A stretch of DNA of 64,000 nucleotides from contig JAXLNO010000320.1 in the NCBI GenBank assembly GCA_038087875.1, positions 1 to 64,000 on the forward strand. The letters run 5' to 3'. The notes under the pieces are model-generated. The model was given only the letters and a program-made list of their open reading frames with translations, had not been told where the DNA came from and ran no database searches. The position numbers and the translations under genes are program-made. Origin of the DNA: Malacoraja senta (Eukaryota). Of the stretch, positions 51,446 through 63,871 are shown piece after piece (the stretch's first letter is position 1; each line of letters starts with the position of its first letter).

Positions 51446-52421
51446 TTAGAAAACAATTTTTTGATGTGGCCAAAGAGAAATATATTTATGTGAATTGATT
51501 TTAAACCCTGCTGGAATTTTTAACTTCAAATTTTAAATGGTAGCCAAAATTCAAATGCAGTTGGTCATGTTCATGTGATACAAATTCCATTTGGAACTAA
51601 TTTCAGCTGCTCCCTCAATTTGAGTATTATTCATTCCAATCTATCCCATTCCAATCTATCGTGGTGTGGTAGCCTCAGATAACTAGAGTATATCACTGTA
51701 GTATTTTGCTTTAAAAAAGGTGCATTTCTACAGTACCTTTCGTGACTGTGGGTTCAAAATGCTTTACAACCAATTAAGCACTTTTGAAGTTGTTTTAATA
51801 GTAATCATTCATCTGGTTCTTTGCAGTATTTCCTTAGATGCATTCTGATGTGCTGATTTTTGACTAAATGTCCAATACAGTTAGAACTTGTAAAGTCTTT
51901 CATTGTCTATATTCTAAACTGTTGATACCCGTTACTTTATCCAAGCTCAGAATTATTCAGCCGGTGAAAAATGAACCAGATGCAGTCTGCAAAATTCAAG
52001 CACATGGGACATGTGCCATATTGTGAATGTTTATCTGAATATCTGTTGTAAGGTGTGCTTTGTGGGAAGTTATTAACAGATAAGGGGTTAATTGAAACTT
52101 TTGCTTTTATGCGTTCAGGAGAAGCCTTCTTCATTATGTAAAATATAAGAATTGAATAAGTGAGTTCGATATTCCGACTGCGCATGCCCAGATCATAGGT
52201 CACTCACGATAAACATTCTCGGCATGCTGCATGTATACAGACCTGCATTTCATCCGTAGTCAGGATTGAACCCGGGTCTCTGGCGCTGCACGCGCTGTTG
52301 ATTTGCTACTGGACCGTCCCCCTCCCCACCCCCCCCCCCCCCCCCCCCGAGTGTCCCATCCCTGTCTGGGGGCAGCCGGAGATGTCCGGGGTGACCCTGG
52401 ACTGACGGGACACCAGCCCAT

Positions 52422-52775
52422 AGCAGTGGCTGCCCAGGCTTACAGCCAGCACGGAGAAGAAGCGCTAACTCCAGCTCAACTCTGCCTGTCCCGCCGGGTT
52501 TACCAACAGCCCTGCACTGACGAGACACCGGCCCGAAGCAGTGGCGGCCCAGGCTTACAGCCAGTGCGGAGAAGAAGCGCTAACTCCAGCTCAACTCTGC
52601 CTGTCCCGCCGGGTTTACCAACAGCCCTGCACTGACGAGACACCGGCCCGAAGCAGTGGCGGCCCAGGCTTACAGCCAGTGCGGAGAAGAAGCGCTAACT
52701 CCAGCTCAACTCTGCCTGTCCTGCCGGGTTAACCGACAGCCCTGGACTGAAGGGACACCGGCCCGGAGCAGTGGG
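52422..52775. repeat. Three tandem 115-bp GC-rich units
   Basis: AGCAGTGG recurs at 52422, 52537, 52652 and 52767. Confidence 0.9.
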
Positions 52776-53077
52776 GTTAGCGCTGCTTCTCTGCGCTGGC
52801 TATAAGCCTGGGCCGCCACTGCTCCAGGCCGGTGTCCCTTCAGTCCAGGGCTGTCGGTTAACCCGGCAGGACAGGCAGATTTGAGCTGGAGTTAGCGCTT
52901 CTTCTCCGTGATGGCTGTAAGCATGGGCCGCCACTGCTCCGGGACGGTGTCCTGTCAGTCCAAGGACAGGGATGGGATACTCGGGAGGGGACGGTCCAGT
53001 AGCAATTCAACAGCGCTTGCAGCGCCGGAGACCCGGGTTCGATCCTGACTACGGATAAAATGCTGGTCTGTATACAT

Positions 53078-54817
53078 CAGGCACGTGCCGTGAGTAATTA
53101 CTCAGGGTAGGCAGTCAGTCGGCTTTAAAAAAAATCTTAAACCGCGCATGCGCAGATTGTTCTCTCCGTAAGCTGTCAGTCGACTTTTATAAAGTCTTCA
53201 AAAGCCAAATCTCTTAATAAAGTACCGTATTTCCCGGCAATGAAAACGCACCCCCATTTTGAGTCGCTACATTTTGAAAGAAGGCTGGTGGGACATAGAA
53301 TTTCTCACGCTCAAAAAAATAAAAATAAAGAAAGCAATTTGCCCAAGGCTTCCAAATCTCCTTCATTTTGAATTACTGAATGGGTGGGGGGGTGGAAGGT
53401 GATCGCAGGTGGAGAGATGGTGGGAAAAACGGGAGCACACCGGGACAAGTTGAATCAGTTGTGATCTTATTGAATGACAATACTTGTTCAAGGGATCAAT
53501 TGGGGGGAGAGTTCCGTTCACAGCGTATGGGGAGTCTGGTCATGGGGTAAAGTTGCGGGGAGGGCAGGAGCATTGAGAAGGAGGGGGTCGGGGATCATGC
53601 CAGTAACTCACTCACCGATGCCGAGGCGCTCCGGGCGCGGAGGCACCGCATTGTGGCTGGGGAGGGAAGTAGCTCGGGTGGCTGCGAGCGGCTGCTGGGA
53701 CCGGACAGCGGACGCCACCTCAGCGTCTTCTGCCGGCCCACTCACCTCTGGCAGTGCTCTCCGTCTGAACATCTCTCACCTGCTGCTCGCTGGCTTCGCT
53801 CATGTCAGCCGCTTCTCGCAAATCCTTAAATTCCGACAGCCGAGTAACCTCAATTGGTCCCTTGATCACGCTGTCGGAATTTAAGGATTTGCGGGAAGCA
53901 GCTGACATGAGTGAGGCCGGCGAGCGGCAGGAGAGAGGTTTTCAGACGGAGAGCACTACCAGAGGTGAGCGGGGGCCGGCAGAAGAAGCTGAGATGGTGG
54001 CCGCTCGCAGCCACCCGAGCTGTCCCATCCCGGCGGCTGCTCGCAGCCATCCGAGCTACTTCTCCCCCCGGCCACAATGCGGTGGCTCCGCGTCTGGAGC
54101 ATCACGGCAAGTGAGTTGCTGGCATGATTCCCGACCCCCTCCTCCCCTCCCCAGCGGCACTGTCCTGTTACAGCCGCTTCCCATCAGGTGCCAGCAGTGA
54201 GGGATAGACTTGGCTATCCCTCAGTACAACAACATCGTTCTTGATGTTGCTGTACTGAGGGATAGCCAAGTCTATCTTTCTTGGCTAACAACCTTCCAAC
54301 TTCGGCTTCCAAGACACATGTAAATTTTCGTGCCTTATTTTTGGGTAAAAATAGCGTCTTCATTGCCGGGAAATATGGTATTTAAAAAATATAGCACCAA
54401 GAAATCTACTTACCACATCATTTGTACACAAACTCCATTTTTCTCTCTTTGTTTCTTAAGATATTCTTAAGATAATGGCAATCCATGTTTGAAAAACCCG
54501 CCAAGAAACTTGCGCTGCGCATGCGCAGTATGCTGCTGCGCATGCGCAGTACTGCAAAGGCAGAATTTCAGCTGCCTTCAGTCCCCTGGAAATTGACGGC
54601 TTGAAGCATCGTCGACGGCACGTGGGCTGCACAGACCTTTGCATGATACATGTACTGCGGATGAAAGGCACGGAGAATTATGCCTACCTAAGAGATCGAT
54701 CTCTTAGATAGGCATTATTCTCCCATGCCTTTACTATTTATATTTAATAATTACCATTTTATAATTTTAGTCAGGGTAGGCAGTGCCTACCTTGCCTACC
54801 CTGACGGCACGTGCCTG
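53078..54817 (+). mobile_element. Non-autonomous hAT composite, second copy
   Basis: TIRs CAGGCACGTGCCGT / ACGGCACGTGCCTG; imperfect 8-bp TSD GTATACAT / CGATACAT. Confidence 0.88.
53225..54378 (+). mobile_element. pogo/Tigger-like element nested in the hAT element
   Basis: TA|CCGTATTTCCCGGCAATGAAAACGC ... GCGTCTTCATTGCCGGGAAATATGG|TA, the same TIRs as 34391-35360. Confidence 0.85.
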
Positions 54818-56361
54818 CGATACATGCAACAGCACAGTTGCCGAGAATGTTTATCGCGAGTGACCTTTGACAAATCCCATGATTCCTTGTGTTTTTCGGA
54901 ATACCGAACCTGCTAATAAATGAAGATCTGGAGTTGAGTTTCCTCCATATCCTTCCATCTCCCTCCACACTGCATCCCAAATGAACAAAGTAATAATATG
55001 TTAATTTTACATAAATAATCTTTTAATTAAATGTGTTCTAATTTGTACACAATCGTAGTGTAAATGCAGAGGCAGTGTTATTGTTAACCTCTACCAATAG
55101 TGCATGGAATTCACCATCTCAAAATGTCGACTGATATGGAGTTTCATGGTCTTCTGATATGTTGGATGCTGTAAGTCTGCCACTGAGTTTATATTTGTGT
55201 ACTCTACTGAGCATGTTAGCTGAATAGAAGGCATCCTATCTTACCCTCGTGCTTTTTAAATCTTGTCCTTATATCTGTGCTTCATCTTTAATTTTGGTCC
55301 CTTTAGAACAAAACAAGTGACCCTAAAGGAATCAAGTAGTTAATCAGCATATGATGATGAGTGTGTTCCGGAAAATTTATATTTTTCTTTTGTTACATGT
55401 GCACTGATTAGAGAATTTTTTTGAAAGGGGATTCTTATAAACACCTAGTGGAAGGGTTTTTTAAAGACACATTTATTTTATTCATCCAGAACAAAAGGAA
55501 TGTATAGGTTCAAGAATGAAACTTATTGTAGATTATCAGTTTTTATGTGGAATTACCGTACTAACCTTCCAATCAATCTATTGCACACATTTAACCTCCT
55601 GAAGGTTATTTACGTATTGGCTTCTGGGGAAGATAAAGATAATAATGGGGAAATGGGAAGAAATGAAATATGAATGGAAGTCCTTATGATTGGTTAGGCA
55701 GTTTAAAACAGTCAAATCTGTGGACGGAGTTCTGGATTTTAAAAAAAAAAATGTTAAAATGTAATGTTTTTTCTAAAGAAAACATATACCCTGATAAATA
55801 GCTATCTAAAAATGCTAAGAATTTTAAATAAGGATGTTTATCAAGGAATACTATACTTGATTCCCTGTTTTCATGTCATGGAAATATTTCCTGTAAACAA
55901 ATGTATGGCACTTTTATTAGTTCCCAGCTGTTGCTGATGGCGCTCAGCTGAGTAACTGTGGGGAAAGGGACATAATACATCAAAAAGTAGCTGAAATCCG
56001 AGCATGTTTGAAGTGTAATAAGGTAGATGTATTTCAACAACATTTTCTATTCATGGTTATTTGTGTGATGGTTAGAAGTACCAGCTCAAAACTGTTACCG
56101 TTGAGAGGTTACATTCCAATTATAATTGAGGTCGTGAATTTACACTGTTGTAACTGTTGTGTTTCGGCCGCATCATGTTTGTTACTGTGAAAGGATTGAA
56201 ATGCAAAGCTGTTATTGCATGTATGGCACAGGTAATCATCTACCCATGTATGTAGTCGATGTGACATGTTTGTCATGTTTATTAACAATGCAACATTAAT
56301 TATTTTCTATGAATGATAAAGTGGAAATTTTAAAGCACTGGTAATTCTGTGAAAAATCTAA

Positions 56362-56768
56362 AGGGCCTGTCCCACTTACGTGTCCTTGGCACGCAAATTA
56401 CGCGACCTCGTGGTCGCGTTGAGGCACACGGGCATCGTATGGCCGCGTGGGGCCGGTCCCACTTAGAAGCGCGGAGGGGTATGTAGTTGTGCGCGACATC
56501 GGATGCGTGACGTTTCGGATCAAGACCCTTCTTTTCAGACTGAAGAAGAGTCTCGACACGAAACGTCACCCATTCCTTCTCTACAGAGATGCTGCCGGTC
56601 CCGCTGAGTTACTCCAGCTTTGTGTCCATCTTCAAATGACGTCACGCGCTCCAGACGGCTGTGCGTACGCATGTAATCGCGTCCGACCTTCGCGGGACCG
56701 TCTCGGCTCAACGCGACCACGAGGTCGCGTAATTTGCGTGCCAAGGACACGTAAGTGGGTCAGGCCCT
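56362..56768. mobile_element. PIF/Harbinger-like MITE containing a Penelope pLTR palindrome
   Basis: About 60-bp TIR AGGGCCTGTCCCACTTACGTGTCCTTGGCACGCAAATTACGCGACCTCGTGGTCGCGTTGAG; 3-bp TSD TAA at 56359-56361 and 56769-56771. Confidence 0.88.
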
Positions 56769-56851
56769 TAAGAAGATTGCAGTATCTTAAGCCAGTAACA
56801 CATTACATCTATCAACTACTTTCATTTATATTGAAAACTGATTCACACTTA

Positions 56852-58475
56852 CAGTGCCCTCCATAATGTTTGGGACAAAGACTCATCGTTTATTTATTTG
56901 CCTCTATACTCCACAATTTAAGATTTGTAATAGAAAAAAATCACAGGTGGTTAAAGTGCACATTGTCAGATTTTATTAAAGGGTATTTTCATACATTTTG
57001 GTGTCACCATGTAGAAATTACAGCTGTGTTTATACATAGTTCCCCCCATTTCAGGGCACCATAATGTTTGGGATACATGGCTTCACATGTGTTTGTAATT
57101 GCTCGGGTGTGTTTAATTGCCTCCTTCATGCAGGTATAAGAGAGCCCAGCACCTAGTCTTTCCTCCAGTCTTTCCATCATCTTTGGAAATGTTTATTGCT
57201 GTTTATCAACATGAGGACCAGAGTTGTGCCAATGAAAGTCAAAGAAGCCATTATGAGACTGAAACAAGAATAAAACTGTTAGAGACATCAGCCAAACCTT
57301 AGGCTTACCAAAATCAACTGTTTGGAACATAATTAAGAAGAAATAGAGCACCACCGGTGAGCTTACTAATTGCAAAGGGACTGGCAGGCCAAGGAAGCCC
57401 ACCACAGCTGATGACAGAAGAATTCTCTCTAAAAAAAGAAAAATCCTCAAACACCTGTCTGACAGATCAGAAACACTCATCAGGAGCCAGGTGTGGATTT
57501 GTCAATGACCACTGTCCGCAGAAGTCTTCATGAACAGAAATACAGAGGCTACACTGCAAAATGCAAAAATAGTATGGCCAGGTTACAGTTTGCCAAGAAG
57601 TACTTAAAAGAGCAACTACAGTTCTAGAAAAAGGTCTTGTGGACAGATGAGACAAAGATTAATTTATATCAGAGCGATGGCAAGAGCAAAGAATGGTGGA
57701 GAGAGGAACTGCCCAAGATCCAAAGCATACCACCTCATCTGTGAAACACGGTGGTGGCGTTATGGCCTGTGCATGTATGGCTGTTGAAGGTACTGGCTCA
57801 CTTATCTTCATTGATGATACAACTTATCTTCATTGATGATACTACAAAAGTAGTATAATGAATTCTGAAGTGTATAGACACATCCTATGCTCAAGTTCAA
57901 ACAAATGCCTCAAAACTCATTCTACAGCAAGACAATGATCTCAATCATACTGCTACAGTAACAAAGGAGTTTTTTCAAAGCTAAAAAATTGTCAATTCTT
58001 GAGTGGCCAAACGCTCGATCTGAATCTAATTGAGCATGTCTTTTATATGCTGAAGAGAAAACTGAAGGGGACGAGCCCCCAAACCAAGCATAAGCTAAAG
58101 ATGGCTGCAATACAGGCCTGGCAGAGCATCACCAGAGAAGATACCCATCAACTGGTGATGTCCATGAATCGCAGACTTCAAGCAGTCATTGCATGCAAAG
58201 GATATGCAACAAAATACTAAACATGACTACTTTCATTTACATGACATTGCTGTGTCCCAAACATTATGGTCCCCTGAAATGGAGGGACTATGTATAAACA
58301 CAGTTGTAATTCAACATGGTGAAACCAAAATGTGTAGAAATGGCCTTTATTAAAATCTGACAATGTGCACTTTAACCACATGTGATTTTTTTTCTATTAC
58401 TAATCTCAAATTGTATAGTACAGAGGCAAATAAATAAATGATGGGTCTTTGTCCCAAATATTATGGCGGGCACTG
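56852..58475 (+). mobile_element. Full-length defective Tc1 transposon, IR/DR type
   Basis: TA|CAGTGCCCTCCATAATGTTTGGGACAAAG ... CTTTGTCCCAAATATTATGGCGGGCACTG|TA. TIRs are about 225 bp with an inner direct repeat near 57052; total length 1624 bp. Confidence 0.95.
57211..58220 (+). pseudogene. Tc1 DD34E-type transposase pseudogene
   Basis: MRTRVVPMKVKEAIMRL..., WTDETKINL, QDND, DLNLIEH, C-terminus RRLQAVIACKGYATKY*; contains stops and frameshifts. Confidence 0.9.
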
Positions 58476-60350
58476 TATGCACTAGTAAATCTCATCACAC
58501 CTTGGTATTGAGCTGTCATATAACTTCAGAAATAACACTACTGCTGGTAGTTATTTTGATGCTTATGTTGTAAACGATTACATTTTCAACATAACACTCT
58601 TATTAGATGTTTTGTTCAGCCTTATGTTACATAGAATGATTAGTGCAGTACAGGTCCAGAATCTGCAATCTATTTTAGAAGTTGCATTATAGTTCAGACC
58701 ACAGGCATTATTTTTAAAAACATTTACTTCTGTGGGGTAGGGCATTGCTGGCCCAACTAATATTTAGTTAGTCAGTGACCAGATTCTGTGGGGTCCATTA
58801 GGAAATAATGTCAAAATGTAAGTGGATTTAGGGATGTGTACTTTGGGATAAAAAATAATGACAGGTGTTCAGTTTATTTCCCTGTATAATACATCTTTGT
58901 AATTTTAAGTTTTGTGGTTAATGCATCTTTTTGTTATGCAAAGATGCAGAATACAAGCTTTCTCCCATCTTCTTTGGAACATACTCCTGCCATATTGTGG
59001 ACACCCTTATGCCACTTTAAATGTCAAAGGGTTATGTTTTGGCATTAAACTTGGAAATATAGAGTACACAACGGAACTGCACTGTTAGTTTAATATCACA
59101 ATTTTGTGAATGAAGCAGGTTTTTCACAAACAAACGGAAACATTTTTGTTCAACATTGGTATGGTTCTTGCAACATTCTGCACAGGTCTGTTGAGGTAAA
59201 ATATTTTCCAAGGAAGATTATTTATTTTCTCAACCAATAAAGTACCCTTAAACTAACTAGAGAGGTTTGGCCGGAAGACACCCAATTTATGCTGAGCAGA
59301 GTTCTAGACAATCAAATAACTAGGAAGGTGAATAGGGCTGAAGAAGGGTCCCAACCCGAAATGTTGTCTATCCATTCCCTTCACAGGTGCGACCTGAGTT
59401 ACTCCAGCACTTGTTTTTTACTTTGAACTAAATAATGTAAAGTGTTTGAGGGGGAGGGGGTGGGTGGGTGAAGAATCTGGAATACTTGGGAGGACAACAA
59501 GAAAACAGGACAGGAAAATGACTGGGGTGAGGATTGTGTGAAGAAAGGACAGCGCATACAAATAACAAAATTAATTAACAAGTGGGCATGAAGAAAATGA
59601 CAGTGACTGGGATGGTCCATCAGATCATAGAATTATCAGCTTGTAGCTCCACTAACACTTTCCCAGAAAGTGATTGTAATTTCCCTGAGTTTTACCTTAC
59701 TTTCCAGTTCTCAATTTTGCAGTTATTGCTGGCATGTAACATTTTCCCCGATCACTATCATCCTCAGGAGCACGTGTGATTGATTATGATGAGAGCCATA
59801 TGGTTAACCCTTTCCCCTCTCGTAAGGTTGCACTATGTAGTTCGGCTTGCACAATTGTGGTCTGGTTCCCTCGTATAACTGCTAATTTATTGCATATTAT
59901 TTATTGTATATAATTGTGTTGTATTAATGTGCCTGTGAAGCTGCAGCAAGTAAGAGTTTCTTTATGCATTCCTGGTACATATTACAATTAAACACCCATG
60001 ACTCATTGCAAAATCTCTGCCTTTTCTAAATCACGATGCACTTCTTGGAGTAACATTCTGCTTTAATCAACTATAATTGAACAGATGGATACACTTTGAT
60101 TATATCTGTGTAGGAATCTTTTTCCATATATATTGCAAAAGTGGTTTGTTTACGTAACTAGACACAAGAGACTGCAGATGCTGGAAGACCTAGACAGGAT
60201 TTTTGACGGACAATTCCCCCCCCCCCCCCCCATCATAAATGGTGCTCGATCTGTTGAGCTCCTCCAGTAGATAGTTTGTTTTGTAAATTCAGTGTTTTAT
60301 ATCAAGGGCTGATTATGTCAAGTGAAACCCATTATGTCAAGTGGCTGTTA

Positions 60351-60718
60351 AAGGGCTCTCGCTTAACTTTTTTTCTCCGTTGTCAGCCGGGCAACCTAGG
60401 CAGCTTTTTAGGTTGCCAAATGACATTTTAGGTGGTCATTTAAGACGGCTTGCATGACGCGTGCGATAATGTACTTGGCCGAAGTGCGTAGTTACCAGTC
60501 AGAATTATGCTCAATGAAGCATTCATATATTATTTCTGCTTCAAATAAAGTCACAAACTAAACATATTCACCAATCAAGACATGATATATACCACACTGA
60601 CATGCAGCAAAATTATAATACAACTCTTTTTACATGTTGCAATGAATGCAATTTCTATTAGTTCTTTCCACTTCCAAACAAAAATGTGGTTGGATTATTC
60701 AGCATATGATCAACCTGT
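60351..60718 (+). mobile_element. hAT-like element terminus (same family as 280-635); element probably continues rightwards
   Basis: Direct reverse-complement match to 280-635. Confidence 0.65.
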
Positions 60719-61509
60719 GTCAATAAATCCTGGCCCATGGTAACATATATGCTTAACCATGCACATTACAGATTGATGCAAGCATGTTTTCTGTGAAGGT
60801 CCGAAAATTATCATGACATGGCCATAGCATGGGTTGTTATTGCTATTGGTACAGAAACACTCTCGCTTCCCACATAATTTATCCACAACAAAATATACAT
60901 GTTGCAAGGAAATTTCTAAAGGCATTTTAGAATAATAGCTGTTAAAACCGACTATACCCACCTGACAGGTTAAACATTACACTAACTGTTCTTTTGGCAA
61001 TATGTTTAAAGGTGTCAAAACGCCACATTACCGGACATTCAGATTAGATGTATGTGTTGTGAACACCAATGAAGATACCTAGTTTGTACGCACCAGATTT
61101 AAACAAAATTATTGATAAACGCTGTTTCCACCATTCCCACTTCAGAATTGCGTTAACATTTCAACTGAAATATCTCCTGACCAAATTTGTGAAGTATATG
61201 ACCGACTGTAGAAGTAAAACCTGGATAAATCCAACGAATAGTTGTGAATGTTGCTCATTAAATAACTACAGTACTGATACTCCATATTAAGAGCATTGAT
61301 TTGCCATTAAAATGAATTCTGTAATAACGTGTCAACGGTAGCAGTGACAATCGAACACTAGGGTTTTAATGTTTCACGTGTTCGCAATTTAATTAATCCA
61401 TCTTTATGGATTAAAACAAATAATAACATCGGGAATTAAAACACATTTGATTGCATTCCGTTATCAAACATAGTCAATGTTCGCTCTGAAGACATTTCCA
61501 GCGCAGTAG

Positions 61510-62440
61510 GGTCGCCGGGGGGGGGGGTGAATCAGTGCGGGATGGATAGATGTGGGGTTGAGAAGGCAATCTGTGCGGGATGGATGGATTGAGGCAGGGG
61601 AAATAGTGCGTGTTGGTTGGAGTAGGTAAAATTGTGAAGGGAGAGCGCGGGGGATGTCAGTGGGGATTGAATGGCGGGGGGATCAGTACAGGATGAATGG
61701 GGGGGAGATCAGTTCAGCATGAATGGAGGGGGGATCAGTACAGGATGAATGGGAGGATTGGTGCAGGATAAATGGAGGGGGGTCAGTACAGGATGAATGG
61801 GAAGACCACTACAGGATGGGGGGGATCGGTGCAGGATAAATGGAGGGGGGGTCAGTACAGGATGAATGGGGAATGGTATAGGATGAATGGGGGGATCAAT
61901 ACAGGATGAATGGGGAAGCAGTGCAGGATGGATGGGAAGGGGGGCCAGTGTAGGGTGGATGGGGATTGGCAGGAGAATCAATGCGAGGTCGATAGGGTGA
62001 TCAGTGCAGGATGAATAGATGCGGGAGGGGGGTAGATGGGGAGGGAGTACAGGGGATGTAAGTGAGGACTGATTAGAGGCGGGAATGGGGATCAGTGTGG
62101 GATGGAGAGGAGGGATCCCAGGATAAGGGGGATGGAAGAGGGCGTAAGAGAGAGAGAGAGGGGGGAAGGGGCCGAGGAGGTGGGGAGGAAGTAAGGTCAG
62201 CGAGAGAGAGAGAGAGGCAGAGAGAGGGTGGGGGGGGGGCAGAGAGGGAGGGGGGCAGATAGGGAGGGGACACAGAGGGAGTGGTAGAGGCTGCACCTAC
62301 CCAGGTCGTAGAGCAGCAGCCTCCCCACCAGGTGCCGGGCCCGAGCGAGGCCCCTCTCCCTCCCACCCCCCTCTCCCTCACTCCCACCCCCTCCCCCTCC
62401 CCCTCCCCCCTCTCTGCCCGCCCCCCTCCCTCTCTGCCCC
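61510..62440. repeat. Purine-rich minisatellite (about 20-24 bp, GGGGGATCAGTACAGGATGAAT) grading into G-rich then C-rich low-complexity DNA
   Basis: Repeated GATCAGT(A/G)CAGGATGAATGG units visible directly. Confidence 0.85.
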
Positions 62441-62560
62441 CTGAGATTTGTGAGCATTTTCATAAATAAGTCGAGAAATAATGCATGAAATTTTCAGATA
62501 AGGCAATTCAGATTTCATGGGATAAATATCTATCGGAATACGTTAAAATGTTCCCGTTAG

Positions 62561-62603
62561 CACGTCGTTTCTTCGAGTAGATGTTATCGCACACAAACAA
62601 TAA

Positions 62604-62638
<35 letters not shown>

Positions 62639-62747
62639 GTTTCTTCGAGTAGATGTTATCGCACACAAACAATAAATACACACACACACACACACACACA
62701 CACGTCGTTTCTTCGAGTAGATGTTATCGCACACAAACAATAAATAC

Positions 62748-62792
<45 letters not shown>
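62561..62792. repeat. Three identical 46-bp units separated by (CA)n tracts
   Basis: CACGTCGTTTCTTCGAGTAGATGTTATCGCACACAAACAATAAATA at 62561, 62633 and 62701. Confidence 0.93.
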
Positions 62793-62793
<1 letters not shown>

Positions 62794-63871
62794 CCCCCCC
62801 CCCCCTCCCCTCCTCCTCCTCCCACCCTCCCCTCTTCCATCTCCTTCCATAATTGAGTCTCCCAATCTGTTGCCATTCAACAAGACAGTTTATGGGAGAA
62901 TAAAATTTTCCACATGGCAGAATTCATGTAAATCTCTTTTTCCACACTTCACCCATACCTTCAACAAGTGTTCAGTTAACTTTACTTATATTTACTGCAA
63001 CACTCTGCAACTAATATTATGTTTCTTTGCAAATTTGAGCGTGAGATGAGGTTTTGAGTACTGAGTTTGCAGCAATGAAACTTAGCATAATATCTGTTTT
63101 TAGCATTATAATGCATTGATTTAAAATACTTTTTTCGCGTGCTGTCTGCTGCTCATTGATTGTACATGCAAAGTGTAGTAAGCATTTTATATAGTCTTTC
63201 CTTGAATGATCATTTTGTTACCCTGGTTCTCAATGAATTACCTCTGTGCTAGAGAACAATTTCACAATTTGTTGTGGTCTTGTATTAATCACGGAGGTCA
63301 AGACCAGCTTGTGAATTGGCCTCAGCAAGATGCTGAGCTACTCATAGGCTGGCATGGAGATGCGAACAGACCAGACTGTGTTGGATGGTCTGTCACTAAC
63401 CCCAATTGCAGATTTTAGTTATTGTAACATAGCCCATTTTACCATGTTGGCTCTCGACCACGTAATTTGAGTAGAAAGGTGGTTTAAGATATTTTAAATG
63501 ATGCATTTCTCTCTTCTCACACAATAAATTTCTCAGTCACCCTAATGACCATGCTGACGCAACTGTCATGGTCCATAAGTCACAGCTGCCACAAGATCTA
63601 GTCTGTGGTCGCTATCTTGGCTGTTTGTGTTTTCCTGGGGTAACTGTGTTATCTGTGTTGTCCTGGGGATCTCTCAGGCAACTCTATTGCAGCATTTGCC
63701 TGCTATCCTCTGTCTGGTGTTTCTCTTCTCTTTTGCTGGCCAAAATCTCCTGTTATGTGTCACTATCCCAGCAAGATGTGCATCTATTCTTCTTTGTTGG
63801 CTTAAGTCAGTCAGTGCTGATTCTGCAGGTATCGTTGAAATCCAGGGTGATTTTAATTCTTTGCGAAAAAG

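Larger units (their letters stand above)
52193..54870. mobile_element. Foldback/palindromic element with long inverted arms and internal 115-bp repeats, interrupted by a hAT composite
   Basis: Left end TCATAGGTCACTCACGATAAACATTCTCGGCA and right end TGCCGAGAATGTTTATCGCGAGTGACCTTTGA. Arms at 52193-52775 versus 52776-53077 plus 54818-54870. Confidence 0.8.

Noticed and set aside
53019..53054. tRNA gene
   Set aside because: B-box-like GGTTCGATCC belongs to a SINE head and there is no complete cloverleaf.
55341..55410. C/D-box snoRNA (ATGATGA...CTGA)
   Set aside because: Short and AT-rich, the D box is buried in the stem, and no recognisable guide sequence is present.
61709..62296. 195-aa proline-rich ORF
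   Set aside because: Translation of a minisatellite.
62561..62792. CRISPR array
   Set aside because: The spacers are (CA)n microsatellite rather than unique sequence; the context is vertebrate and there are no cas genes.
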